Source: Candidatus Kaiserbacteria bacterium
Lineage (GTDB): Bacteria; Patescibacteriota; Minisyncoccia; Phycocordibacterales; UBA2100
Length of the DNA: 64,000 bases
Direction of reading: 5' to 3'
Assembly: GCA_016217965.1 (NCBI GenBank)
Contig: JACRFI010000015.1
Coordinates: 16,366-80,365 of the forward strand
Made by a program: the position numbers and the translations under genes. How positions within the stretch are numbered: position 1 is the first letter of the stretch; each line of letters begins with the position of its first letter. Below are positions 38,319 through 47,677 of the stretch, piece after piece. A model generated the notes under the pieces. It had not been told where the DNA came from, did not search any database, and was given only the letters and a program-made list of their open reading frames with translations.

Positions 38319-39281
38319 ATGGCAAATAAGGACAAAAGCACCAATTCCGTCCCTCATGCCGACGATTTCCTCTTACATATCCAAGCCAATAATTATTCTG
38401 AGGAGACTCTGTACAACTACGAGCGAGATCTTGAAGTATTCTCGAATTTTCTCAAGAACGAGTTGGGCTCCTTCCCTTTCGAGAAGGTTGATAAGCGTAC
38501 TGTTGAACACTTTAAGGCGTATCTGAATTCCAGCGATCGGCAGACGGCTAAGCAGCAGGTGGCTGAACATAAGCTATCGAGTGGCACGATAAACAGGAAT
38601 CTAACGTCATTGCGGCGATATCTTGCGTATTTAATCGATATGGATCTTCCGTGCCCACTCGAGCCGAGCGCCATCAAATTACTTAGACGCGAGAAAAAAC
38701 ATCCCCAAGTATCCGAATTGAACGAGCTCATTCGGCTTATCGAGTCTCCCATGAAATTCGAGAAAGATAAGTCTGTTGCGCTTCGCAATCGTGCGGCGCT
38801 CGAGACCTTATTTGCGAGCGGTATGCGTATTTCGGAGCTGATCAACCTCAAAAGGAATCAATTGGATAACACCGGTCGGATCTTTATTCAGGGGAAAGGA
38901 AAGAAACAGCGATTCATCTACCTGACTGAGCGAGCGAAGAAACACATCGCTGAATACTTAACGGAACGAACGGATGACTTCCCCTACCTCTTCATCGCGA
39001 AGAGCGGCTCCAATGCTGCTGACAAGACTAAGCATATTTCTGCGAATTATTTGCAGATGAAAATAAAGAAATATCGCGAGCTTCTTGGTATCAACGTTCC
39101 TACGAGTGCGCACTCTTTGAGACACGGCTTCGCCACGTATCTCGCCGAAGAAGGCGCTAACCCGGCAGCGATACAAGTACTTCTTGGCCACGAGTCATTG
39201 GATACGACCACGCGATATGTGCATGCCTCGGACAGATATGCAGAAGACTCGCACCGTAAATTTCATCCTTTAAAAGAATAA
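38319..39281 (+). CDS. XerC/D-family tyrosine recombinase
   Basis: SAM-like N-domain (YSEETLYNYERDL), RNRAALETLFASGMRISEL, GKGKKQR, HSLRHGFAT and LLGHESLDTTTRY. Confidence 0.95.
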   Translation: MANKDKSTNSVPHADDFLLHIQANNYSEETLYNYERDLEVFSNFLKNELGSFPFEKVDKRTVEHFKAYLNSSDRQTAKQQVAEHKLSSGTINRNLTSLRRYLAYLIDMDLPCPLEPSAIKLLRREKKHPQVSELNELIRLIESPMKFEKDKSVALRNRAALETLFASGMRISELINLKRNQLDNTGRIFIQGKGKKQRFIYLTERAKKHIAEYLTERTDDFPYLFIAKSGSNAADKTKHISANYLQMKIKKYRELLGINVPTSAHSLRHGFATYLAEEGANPAAIQVLLGHESLDTTTRYVHASDRYAEDSHRKFHPLKE

Positions 39282-39285
39282 TGTT

Positions 39286-39918
39286 ATGCGAAAATCATGG
39301 ACAGTCGGAGAGATAAAGAGGGGCTTTGAGCGTTTTTTAAATACACATGGCCGACTCCCGAAGGCACTGGAGATCGATGAAATAGCGTACCTACCCACTT
39401 CCCGCTTTATCCAATACAGATTCGGTGGCCTGGAGAAATTACGTCACGCATTAGGTTATGGTGATACACATTTTGGCAAAGGCAGATTTAGGAGCGTAAT
39501 AGCGTCACGGGTAAACATCAGAGGTCGTGCGGAAGAATTGACGTTGCAGAACATTTTGCATGAACGTTTTGGTGAAATGTTCGTGCATTCTGAAAAGATA
39601 TTCGATAAGTCCAAAAACCGTGTTGATTTCTTCGTATATTCGCCAGACGGAGACTTCGGGGTCGATGTATTCTACACGGAATCTATGCATTTCCTTCAGT
39701 CCATCATCAATATCAAGCGCAAGAAATACCAGAATTTCACTGCAGATCTATTCTTAGCGGTCGCTAACAAAAGCTTCTCTCAGTCCGTGCTCGACAAGTA
39801 CGCTGCAAGTAAGGTCAAACCACTTCCGCATCGCGCCAAATTAGTAACTCTCGGTACATTCCTAGCGTATATCCAGCGCAAATTGGCCTACGATATACCT
39901 GGTGTAAGACAGGGTTAA
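39286..39918 (+). CDS. Putative endonuclease: homing-endonuclease-associated-repeat-like N-domain + PD-(D/E)XK-like C-domain
   Basis: HGRLP...LPTSRFIQYRFGG followed by E...RVDFFVY..FGVDVF; 4 nt after xer. Confidence 0.5.
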   Translation: MRKSWTVGEIKRGFERFLNTHGRLPKALEIDEIAYLPTSRFIQYRFGGLEKLRHALGYGDTHFGKGRFRSVIASRVNIRGRAEELTLQNILHERFGEMFVHSEKIFDKSKNRVDFFVYSPDGDFGVDVFYTESMHFLQSIINIKRKKYQNFTADLFLAVANKSFSQSVLDKYAASKVKPLPHRAKLVTLGTFLAYIQRKLAYDIPGVRQG

Positions 39919-40664
39919 CTTTTTCCCAATTTGTCTAGTGCTCTCAACACTTCTAGAGGCACAGCGAACACGATGGTGTTCGATTGATCCGACGAAATAT
40001 CGTTGATGGACTGCAGCGTACGCAGGTGCAATGCTCCTGGGGCTGCAGCGAGCGTATGCGCCGCCTTAGCCATGTTTTCGGCCGATATCACTTCCCCTTC
40101 AGCGCGAATGATAACTGCGCGTTTTTCTCGTTCAGCCTCTGCTTGTTTTGCGATTGTGCGTTCCATATTCTCTGGAAGCGCGATGTCTTTCAATTCGACA
40201 GTAGAGACTTTAATTCCCCACGGATCGCTCGCTTCATCGACAACTTTACTTATGCGTGCAGAAATCTTGTCGCGCTCCGCGAGAAGGTCATCAAGCTCTA
40301 CTTCACCCACTGCATTTCGCATCGTTGTTTGTGCGAGCTGGCTCATGGCGTACACATAGTTCTCTACTTCGAGGACTGCTTTGGCGGCGTCAGATACTTT
40401 GTAGTAAATAACTGCATTCACTCCAACCGAAATGTTGTCTTTTGTGATGGCTTTTTGTTCTGGCACATCCACCGCCTTCACCCGCATGTCTACCTTTTTC
40501 ATTTGTTGGAATATCGGTATGACGATCCTCCATCCCGGCGCTTTGACGCCTACGAACCTTCCCATCGTGAACATGACTCCCCCTTCGTATTGATTAACCT
40601 GTCGAAGAATCAGGACAAGGATGACTATGACAACGGCTGCGCCAGCGAGTATTTCAAAAAACAT
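39915..40664 (-). CDS. SPFH/stomatin (slipin) family protein
   Basis: VDMR, QKAITKDN, LAQTTMRN, WGIKV, QAEAEREKRA and LRTLQ. Confidence 0.93.
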   Translation of the reverse strand: MFFEILAGAAVVIVILVLILRQVNQYEGGVMFTMGRFVGVKAPGWRIVIPIFQQMKKVDMRVKAVDVPEQKAITKDNISVGVNAVIYYKVSDAAKAVLEVENYVYAMSQLAQTTMRNAVGEVELDDLLAERDKISARISKVVDEASDPWGIKVSTVELKDIALPENMERTIAKQAEAEREKRAVIIRAEGEVISAENMAKAAHTLAAAPGALHLRTLQSINDISSDQSNTIVFAVPLEVLRALDKLGKS

Positions 40665-40696
40665 ACTTACAGTATGCCATAAGGCATTATTCTGCG

Positions 40697-41248
40697 CTAT
40701 TCTAGGCGATTTTTCGGAAAAGCGAATATCCGAAATGCCTCAGTGTATTGCGCTAAAAACATTTCCCATGCCGTTTCAATACTCGGAAAGTCTCGAGGAA
40801 CATGTTTTTTTTCGAAAAGTGTATCTTTTTTGGATATAAACCAGGTTAATATTTGATCTTTAATAATATCTTCAATTTTCTGAGAAGGCACATTAGGAAT
40901 CTTTTGCTTTGTCGATTTTGCTACCAACTCAGCAAGCCGTCGCACTTCTTTTAGATCTTTGAGTGATTCAGTTTGGGACAAAGGTGGTTTCATTGTGTAT
41001 TGAAAGCACATCAAAGCCATTTCGGTCGCCTGCGTGACTCGATCTTCAAGGGGTAGTGCCAATATGCGTTCATCCTCAATGCGTTGAGCCACCATTTGCT
41101 TGGCAATTTCAGCGAGAAGTGCATCTGCCTGCCTTTTTTTTGATCGTGCTGCTGCCTTCAATATCATTTGTTTTATATCATCGAGAGAAAATTTATCCGT
41201 ACGCCCAAACGCTCCATCTTCATCCATCGACATAACAAATTTATGCAT
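40697..41248 (-). CDS. Hypothetical protein
   Basis: ORF coupled to the upstream exonuclease; no motif; start is 41248 or 41233. Confidence 0.55.
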   Translation of the reverse strand: MHKFVMSMDEDGAFGRTDKFSLDDIKQMILKAAARSKKRQADALLAEIAKQMVAQRIEDERILALPLEDRVTQATEMALMCFQYTMKPPLSQTESLKDLKEVRRLAELVAKSTKQKIPNVPSQKIEDIIKDQILTWFISKKDTLFEKKHVPRDFPSIETAWEMFLAQYTEAFRIFAFPKNRLE

Positions 41249-41840
41249 TCCAAGGAATATGGAATTGATCAAATTCGGGAAGCAATTTGCGCCCATACAG
41301 CAGCCTGGAAATCACCTCTGCATGCGACAGTGCACCAGTAAGTGCATTGTGGGGCTCAGGCTCGTTCGGGATGCCACAGTAGTTGAGCACGGCATCAAGG
41401 TCGAGCGCTGAACGGCGATGCTTCGGGTCAACGGGTGGCTGCAATCCCCGATGTATCATATGCATCCAGCACATGGTATGCGTGTCGAGAGTGCGATATG
41501 CAAAAGGCCAATCCGTATGCCCCGCTCTTTGCGAGGCGTATTTCAAAAAATCACGATCGAAAGAAACATTCTGACCCGCGAGTGTTCTGTCTTTTAGATC
41601 TTCACTCCAGGCCAAAAATTTGTGGACAAGATCGGCTTCGGACAACTTGTTTGCATCGGTGATCTGTTCTCTCGTGAAGCCGTTGACTGCTAGAGCCTCA
41701 TCCATGATATGCGCGCCATCCCACACGCGGCATTCTTCATAAAAACGATTTGTAGGATTCGAAAGGTCCAGTGCCCCAAGTGAGACGATCGAATGTTTAT
41801 GTGCTTCTGTACCTGAAGCTTCGACATCAACGACGAGCAT
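41241..41840 (-). CDS. DEDDh 3'-5' exonuclease (DnaQ/RNase T-like)
   Basis: VVDVEASG, ALAVNG, GQNVSFDRDFL, LDT and PHNALTGA. Confidence 0.85.
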   Translation of the reverse strand: MLVVDVEASGTEAHKHSIVSLGALDLSNPTNRFYEECRVWDGAHIMDEALAVNGFTREQITDANKLSEADLVHKFLAWSEDLKDRTLAGQNVSFDRDFLKYASQRAGHTDWPFAYRTLDTHTMCWMHMIHRGLQPPVDPKHRRSALDLDAVLNYCGIPNEPEPHNALTGALSHAEVISRLLYGRKLLPEFDQFHIPWNA

Positions 41841-41928
41841 AGAGAACAGTCTACAGTCACGAGTCACAAGTGTACAGAAAAAACTCAGGAAACTATATCG
41901 CTTATGACTTTTGACTTGCGACAATTAA

Positions 41929-42291
41929 CTACTTCAGTCCTTTGCAGTTCCCCGCTGGCTTATAACCCGCCGCGCGCGCCGCAGCTTCGTCCTTGAACCA
42001 GATCTTATTTGCCTCTTTCATTGTTGCAGCTCCGGGGCACCAGGGATAGTGATACGCGTTTCCCGATCGTGATGCCACGACTTGACCTCCGATCCTTATC
42101 ATCTGCGTGGCTTCGGTAACCATTGCGGCTTGCGTCACAGTAACTATCGGCTGCACTGCTTCTTCTGCGGAAAGCCTGCCGAGCCCAAACGACGCCAACC
42201 CGACGAACACAACGATAATTGGAATACCCCACTCCCCTACCCCCCTGTCAAGCACCCCCTTGATTCTGCCAATGCTCTCTTGTATACTCAT
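41929..42291 (-). CDS. Membrane-anchored Ada-type metal-binding domain protein
   Basis: TM followed by VASRSGNAYHYPWC...AAGYKPAGNC. Confidence 0.75.
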   Translation of the reverse strand: MSIQESIGRIKGVLDRGVGEWGIPIIVVFVGLASFGLGRLSAEEAVQPIVTVTQAAMVTEATQMIRIGGQVVASRSGNAYHYPWCPGAATMKEANKIWFKDEAAARAAGYKPAGNCKGLK

Positions 42292-42365
42292 GCAGCTTCA
42301 ATAATAGCTCGGATTTTGGCTTTATCTAGAAGCTAAAACTAGTAGCTAGAAGCTATTCAAAAAAT

Positions 42366-42638
42366 ATGGCATCAACAAAAGCCGGTGGAACAGCGAAAAA
42401 CCTGAATGACTCAAATCCGAAGTATCTCGGCGTTAAACGATCGGACGGCTCAAAAGTTAATATCGGTGAAATAATCGTCCGCCAGCGCGGCACGAAGATT
42501 CTCCCGGGCGCGAATATTGGGCTTGGCAAAGACCACACGCTCTTCGCGCGCATCCAAGGTGTAGTCAAATTTGCATCAACTCGAAAAAGGAATTTTGACG
42601 GAAAGACGTTCGTCCGCCGCATCGTTTCGGTCGTTTAG
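42366..42638 (+). CDS. rpmA: 50S ribosomal protein L27
   Basis: [26 protein letters not shown] and GKDHTLFA. Confidence 0.97.
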   Translation: MASTKAGGTAKNLNDSNPKYLGVKRSDGSKVNIGEIIVRQRGTKILPGANIGLGKDHTLFARIQGVVKFASTRKRNFDGKTFVRRIVSVV

Positions 42639-43081
42639 GACTCCCTTTCTACGAATACTGTGAACGGCACTAGCTTGCCACCAAGCTCTAGTTCTATATC
42701 AGCACGGCCTAGTGATTTAATAGGTTTTATATCTCGTAGTGCGTCTTCGGCGATATGCACGCCCAGCTCTTTGCCGATGCGCTCCAGTATCGCCTTATGC
42801 GAGAGTTGCTGGTACAACTGGCCCTTCTGATTTGCGTCGGTACGTACTGTAACCGAGGCGTTAAGGAGTCGCGCCGCCTGCTCTTTCCACGCGGATAATT
42901 GCGAGACTTTTATTGCCTCAGCCTCGGCACGTTTTTTCTCTAGTTCTTCGATCTTTTGAGAAGTTGCCATTTCCGCTTGTTTATGCGGAATGAGAAAATT
43001 CATTGCATATCCGTCCGAGACGCTTTTTACACTGCCTTTTTGCCCTACCCCTGGAATATCCTTCAACAATATGACCTGCAT
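42635..43081 (-). CDS. rplI: 50S ribosomal protein L9
   Basis: [28 protein letters not shown] and PIKSLG. Confidence 0.93.
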   Translation of the reverse strand: MQVILLKDIPGVGQKGSVKSVSDGYAMNFLIPHKQAEMATSQKIEELEKKRAEAEAIKVSQLSAWKEQAARLLNASVTVRTDANQKGQLYQQLSHKAILERIGKELGVHIAEDALRDIKPIKSLGRADIELELGGKLVPFTVFVERES

Positions 43082-43082
43082 G

Positions 43083-44348
43083 TCATCTACTGTTTACCAT
43101 CTCTATCGCTTTGTCTAGCTGTGGGTCCTTCCCCGCCGTTATGTCATCCTCTGTCCGATCTATCTCCACATCGGGCACAATGCCGGAGTGGGGGATGTGC
43201 TCTCCATTTGGCCCTAGCCACCTTGCAACCGTGAGTTTTAGTCCGGTATCTGGTGTTATTTCTATCAACTCTTGCACCGAACCTTTGCCGAAGGTGGTTT
43301 TTCCTACCAGTGTCGCTTCCCCATGACTTTTAAGGGCCAAAGCAAGAATTTCTGATGCCGATGCCGAGCCTTTGTCGACAAGAATCACGAGGCGTAAATT
43401 GTCATTAAAAATGTCGTAGCCTCGGCTTCGGTGCGTGACGTTCTCATTATTTCCGGCATAGTCTTCTACAACAACCACTTTTCCCGTAGGAAGGAACCAG
43501 CTCGCCATATCCACCGCTGCATCCAGGTAGCCTCCAGGGTTTCCTCTGAGGTCAATAATAAGGCGCGTGAGCCCTGAATCTACAAATTCGCGGAGGGCAT
43601 CTCGGAAAAGCGCCGGCGAATTTGCCGTAAAGCTGGCAAGGGTGACGATAAAGACACCATCTTTTTTCTCGGTTGTAACGATAGGAACATTGATCACGTC
43701 TCGAACCACCGATATATCTTTCGGTTCGGTCCAGCCTTCCCTCACTATTGAGAATGTAACAGTGCTCCCCTTCGGGCCTCGTATTTTCTGTACCGCGGTT
43801 GAAATATCCATTCCCCTCGTATCTTCACCCGCTATCGAGAGCACTTTGTCACCAGCGCGAAGGCCGGCACGCTCGGCGGGAGTTCCTTTTAGTGGCGAAA
43901 TTATCGTCAAGATCTCATCGCGGACCGCTATTTCCATGCCAACGCCTTCAAACGCACCAGTCATGTCATCTTCAAATTGCTTCTGCTCAGCCGGAGGTAG
44001 AAAATATGTGTATGGGTCATCAACTGAGGCAGCAAGGCCTTCTATCATTCCCCAGACCCGCTTCTGCGTAGGGTCTGTTGTTGATGCAGCGGCAAGGCTA
44101 GTTGTGGAAACAGCAGCTGGGACGAACTTCTCATCCATCACCTGCCAAGCCTTCCAGACCGGAGAAAAGTCGACGCCTTCTGGCGCATCATTCCCGAACA
44201 ACGTGCCCGTGGCATACGTCTTGCTGCCAGCCAATAAACCTCCGCCAAATCCAAGCGCCCCGACGAGCACGGCAATTGCGATAACTGCACTTTTCTTTAC
44301 GCCATGTATTTCGCCTTGTTCAAACATGCTTTTCATTCGCCCATCCAT
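43083..44348 (-). CDS. S41 C-terminal processing protease (CtpA-like)
   Basis: DPYT, PDZ domain (GVGMEI..PAERAGL), DLRGNPGG, SASASEI and TFGKGSVQ. Confidence 0.94.
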   Translation of the reverse strand: MDGRMKSMFEQGEIHGVKKSAVIAIAVLVGALGFGGGLLAGSKTYATGTLFGNDAPEGVDFSPVWKAWQVMDEKFVPAAVSTTSLAAASTTDPTQKRVWGMIEGLAASVDDPYTYFLPPAEQKQFEDDMTGAFEGVGMEIAVRDEILTIISPLKGTPAERAGLRAGDKVLSIAGEDTRGMDISTAVQKIRGPKGSTVTFSIVREGWTEPKDISVVRDVINVPIVTTEKKDGVFIVTLASFTANSPALFRDALREFVDSGLTRLIIDLRGNPGGYLDAAVDMASWFLPTGKVVVVEDYAGNNENVTHRSRGYDIFNDNLRLVILVDKGSASASEILALALKSHGEATLVGKTTFGKGSVQELIEITPDTGLKLTVARWLGPNGEHIPHSGIVPDVEIDRTEDDITAGKDPQLDKAIEMVNSR

Positions 44349-44415
44349 CTGGGCGATTATCACATACTTTCCCCAATCCATCCATGAATAGATGGTAGAA
44401 TTGCGAGAATCATTC

Positions 44416-46110
44416 ATGGGCCTTTTTGCAGAATTAAGCACGATGATTGTGGTCGCTGCCCTGATGGCAACCATCATGCGGCTCCTCAAGCAGCCCTTAA
44501 TCATCGGGCACATTCTTACCGGTCTCATCGTGGGGCCGTTCGTTCTTGATGTTGTCCGCTCTACTGAAACACTTGCGCTTCTCGGGGAAGTTGGCGTAGC
44601 GATACTCCTCTTTACGGTTGGGCTTCATCTTTCGCCCGCTATTGTCCGCCAATTCGGCAGAGTCTCCATCATTACCGCAATTGGGCAGGTGTTTGTCGCA
44701 TCTGTCGCGGGCTATGCGATTGGCATTTGGTTCGGCTTTTCACCGCTTGCGGCGTTTTATATTTCCGTATCGCTCGCGTTCTCAAGCACCATCATAGTCC
44801 TTAAATTTATCTCCGACAAAGGAGACTTGGAGGTCCTGTATGCGAAGATCGCGATAGGATTTCTCCTGGTCCAAGACCTCATTGCGGTACTTCTTCTCAT
44901 CGCTATTCCTATCTTCTCTGCGACCGATACATCGATCTCGCGCGTACTGTACCTTCTTGCCGCAGCCGCGGGGCTGGTACTGTTCGTCTATCTTGCCTCG
45001 AGACTTTTGGTATCAAGGACTTCTTCATTCCTTTCGGAATCCCAGGAATTTCTCTTCCTTTTTTCTATCACGTGGGGTATTGGTGTTGCGGCACTATTTC
45101 AAAGATTCGGGTTCTCATTGGAAAGCGGAGCACTGATAGCAGGCATCGCCCTATCCACCCTTCCGTCTCGGCTTGAGATAAGCGCCCGTCTCACGCCGCT
45201 TCGCGATTTCTTTATCATCATCTTTTTTATATACCTCGGCTCCCAACTGCATCTTGCAGATATCGTCGATCTTTTGCCGCTCGCGTTCCTACTCTCTACC
45301 TTTGTTCTCATAAGCAACCCACTCATCGTGATGGCTCTCCTTGGGTACCTTGGCTACAAGAAGAAAACGGGCCTCCAGACGGGGCTCACCGTGGCTCAGA
45401 TAAGCGAATTTTCGTTGATACTCGTGGCACTTGGCGCTCAGCTTGGGCACGTAGACAACCGTGTCCTCTCGCTCGTAACGCTGGTCGGTATCATTACGAT
45501 ATTTGGCTCCACGTATCTTGTGCAATACTCCGGTGCCATTTATAGAATACTCTCTCCGTATTTGAATATATTTGAACGTGCGCACATCAGCGAACCGCGT
45601 CGGCTGAAGAACTCGGCGGAAATGATTCTTTTTGGGTGCAATCGCATTGGATATGATTTTCTGGACGCGCTGAAAAAGTTGGACCGCTCGCTCTTGGTCG
45701 TGGACTACGACCCTGATGCTGTTGCTGATATGGAGAAAAAAGGCATCGAGAGCGAGTTCGGCGATGCAGGTGATATTTCTTTTCTGGAGTCGCTCGATTT
45801 CTCGAAGGCGCAGTTGGTCGTGTCCACTATTCCCGATCCAGAGACAAACGCGCTCATTCATCGCGTGGTCGGTGCGCAGAACCCTGAGGCAGTGGTGATG
45901 GTTGTCGCCCACAAAATACACGAAGCCCTTTCTCACTATGGCGAGGGAGTTGATTACGTGATCCTCCCCCACTTCCTCGGAGCGAAGCACGCTGCGGAAT
46001 TAGTGCTCAAATTTAGAGACAACAAAAAGAAGTACGAGGAATTGCGCGAGGAGCATATAGAACATCTTCAATTGCGTGTTTCTATCGGGCATGAGCATCC
46101 GCATGCATAG
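44416..46110 (+). CDS. CPA2 cation:proton antiporter with TrkA-N domain (KefB/C-like)
   Basis: LKQPLIIG, FSSTIIVLK, LLVQD, AQISEFS and C-terminal FGCNRIG/FGD. Confidence 0.92.
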   Translation: MGLFAELSTMIVVAALMATIMRLLKQPLIIGHILTGLIVGPFVLDVVRSTETLALLGEVGVAILLFTVGLHLSPAIVRQFGRVSIITAIGQVFVASVAGYAIGIWFGFSPLAAFYISVSLAFSSTIIVLKFISDKGDLEVLYAKIAIGFLLVQDLIAVLLLIAIPIFSATDTSISRVLYLLAAAAGLVLFVYLASRLLVSRTSSFLSESQEFLFLFSITWGIGVAALFQRFGFSLESGALIAGIALSTLPSRLEISARLTPLRDFFIIIFFIYLGSQLHLADIVDLLPLAFLLSTFVLISNPLIVMALLGYLGYKKKTGLQTGLTVAQISEFSLILVALGAQLGHVDNRVLSLVTLVGIITIFGSTYLVQYSGAIYRILSPYLNIFERAHISEPRRLKNSAEMILFGCNRIGYDFLDALKKLDRSLLVVDYDPDAVADMEKKGIESEFGDAGDISFLESLDFSKAQLVVSTIPDPETNALIHRVVGAQNPEAVVMVVAHKIHEALSHYGEGVDYVILPHFLGAKHAAELVLKFRDNKKKYEELREEHIEHLQLRVSIGHEHPHA

Positions 46111-46148
46111 CTTGTAGGTTGTAGCTCGTAGCTGATAGGATATGGCGC

Positions 46149-47663
46149 ATGGGCGCCTTTCTCGAATTCCTTGCAAGCATGTATGCGCTTGCTATTGATC
46201 CTCTTGGCGCGTGGGGGCAGGCTCGCACAGAGTCCGAGTACCATGCAAGGAGACTGCGTTTTTTCAATACGCTTACTGGGAAAAAAGAAGCATTTTCTTC
46301 ACTCGAAAAAAATGTAGTAAAAATGTACAACTGTGGGCCTACGGTGTACGGCTTGCAACACATCGGCAATCTTTCAATGTTCGTATTCGTGGATATTCTC
46401 CGCCGCACGCTGGAATACAACAATCTCCATGTAAAACAAGTCATAAATTTTACGGACGTTGGGCACCTATCTTCTGACGCTGATGAAGGCGAAGACAAGA
46501 TGGTAAAAGGGCTCACGCGCGATGGGTTAGCGCTCACACTGGATAACATGCGCGCCTTGGGCAAGAAATATGCTGATCTTTTTCTAGCGGACCTCTCCAC
46601 TCTGAACATTAATACGAAAGGCACTGCATTTCCGCGGGCGTCTGACTACATTCCGCAACAAATTGAGATGGTTACGGCACTTGAGCAAAAAGGATTCGCA
46701 TATAAAGGTGAGAGCGGCGTGTACTTCGACACGTCGAAATTTTCTGAATATGGCGCACTCGGCAATATAGATCTGAGGGGCATACGCGAAGGTGCGCGCG
46801 TATCCGCAAGTTCAGAAAAACGTAGTCCTACAGATTTTTTACTTTGGAAGCTGAGCGGTAAGGACGGATTGGGATGGGAAAGCCCGTGGGGCAAGGGCTA
46901 TCCTGGTTGGCACATTGAATGTTCCGCGATGAGCCGCGATATTTTGGGCGATCAGATAGATATTCATACCGGTGGCATCGAGCACATCCCCATCCATCAC
47001 AACAATGAGATAGCGCAATCGGAATCTGCGACAGGCAAGAAACCTTTCTCGCGTTTCTGGCTGCATAGAGCCCACCTGCAGATCGAAGGAGGGAAAATAG
47101 CAAAATCGACCGGCAACACGGTGTTCCTTTCCGAAATTATCGACCGCGGCTTCCCTGCCCTCGCACTCCGGTACCTCCTCCTGGGTGCACATTACCGAAC
47201 TCCAGCGAGCTTTACGTGGGAAGGCATGAAAGCCGCACAAACCTCCCTGTATCGCCTCTATAACGCGTACGACACCTTTAAACATGCAGACACCTCTGGC
47301 GGCGAGAGTGCCAGCGGATACCGTGCGCGCTTCATAGAACGCATCAATGACGATTTGGATACGCCCGGCGCGCTGGCCGCGGTCTGGGAAATGGTGAGAG
47401 ACGAGAAAATTTCGGCAGCGGAAAAGAAAGATGCGCTAGAATCATTTGACTCGGTATTAGGGCTCGGCATTGCAGAGGGCGCTAACTCACAATCAGTCGC
47501 ACTGGAAAGCATGCCCGAGCAAGTCCGCGCCCTTATAACGGCGCGTGAGGACGCAAGAAAAACAAAAGATTGGTCGAGAGCAGATGAACTTCGCGTCAAA
47601 ATCGATGCTGCCGGATTCGCGGTGAAAGACAGCGAGAAGGGGCCTATTGTTACGAAGAAGTAA
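46149..47663 (+). CDS. cysS: Cysteine--tRNA ligase
   Basis: CGPTVY..HIGN, DFLLWK, PGWHIECSAM, HHNNEIAQ and KIAKS. Confidence 0.96.
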   Translation: MGAFLEFLASMYALAIDPLGAWGQARTESEYHARRLRFFNTLTGKKEAFSSLEKNVVKMYNCGPTVYGLQHIGNLSMFVFVDILRRTLEYNNLHVKQVINFTDVGHLSSDADEGEDKMVKGLTRDGLALTLDNMRALGKKYADLFLADLSTLNINTKGTAFPRASDYIPQQIEMVTALEQKGFAYKGESGVYFDTSKFSEYGALGNIDLRGIREGARVSASSEKRSPTDFLLWKLSGKDGLGWESPWGKGYPGWHIECSAMSRDILGDQIDIHTGGIEHIPIHHNNEIAQSESATGKKPFSRFWLHRAHLQIEGGKIAKSTGNTVFLSEIIDRGFPALALRYLLLGAHYRTPASFTWEGMKAAQTSLYRLYNAYDTFKHADTSGGESASGYRARFIERINDDLDTPGALAAVWEMVRDEKISAAEKKDALESFDSVLGLGIAEGANSQSVALESMPEQVRALITAREDARKTKDWSRADELRVKIDAAGFAVKDSEKGPIVTKK

Positions 47664-47677
47664 GCCCGGGCACTTTC

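Noticed and set aside
38319-41248. Integron or prophage anchored on the tyrosine recombinase
   Set aside because: I see no IntI-specific insertion, attC array, phage genes or flanking att direct repeats; the neighbours are ordinary chromosomal genes.
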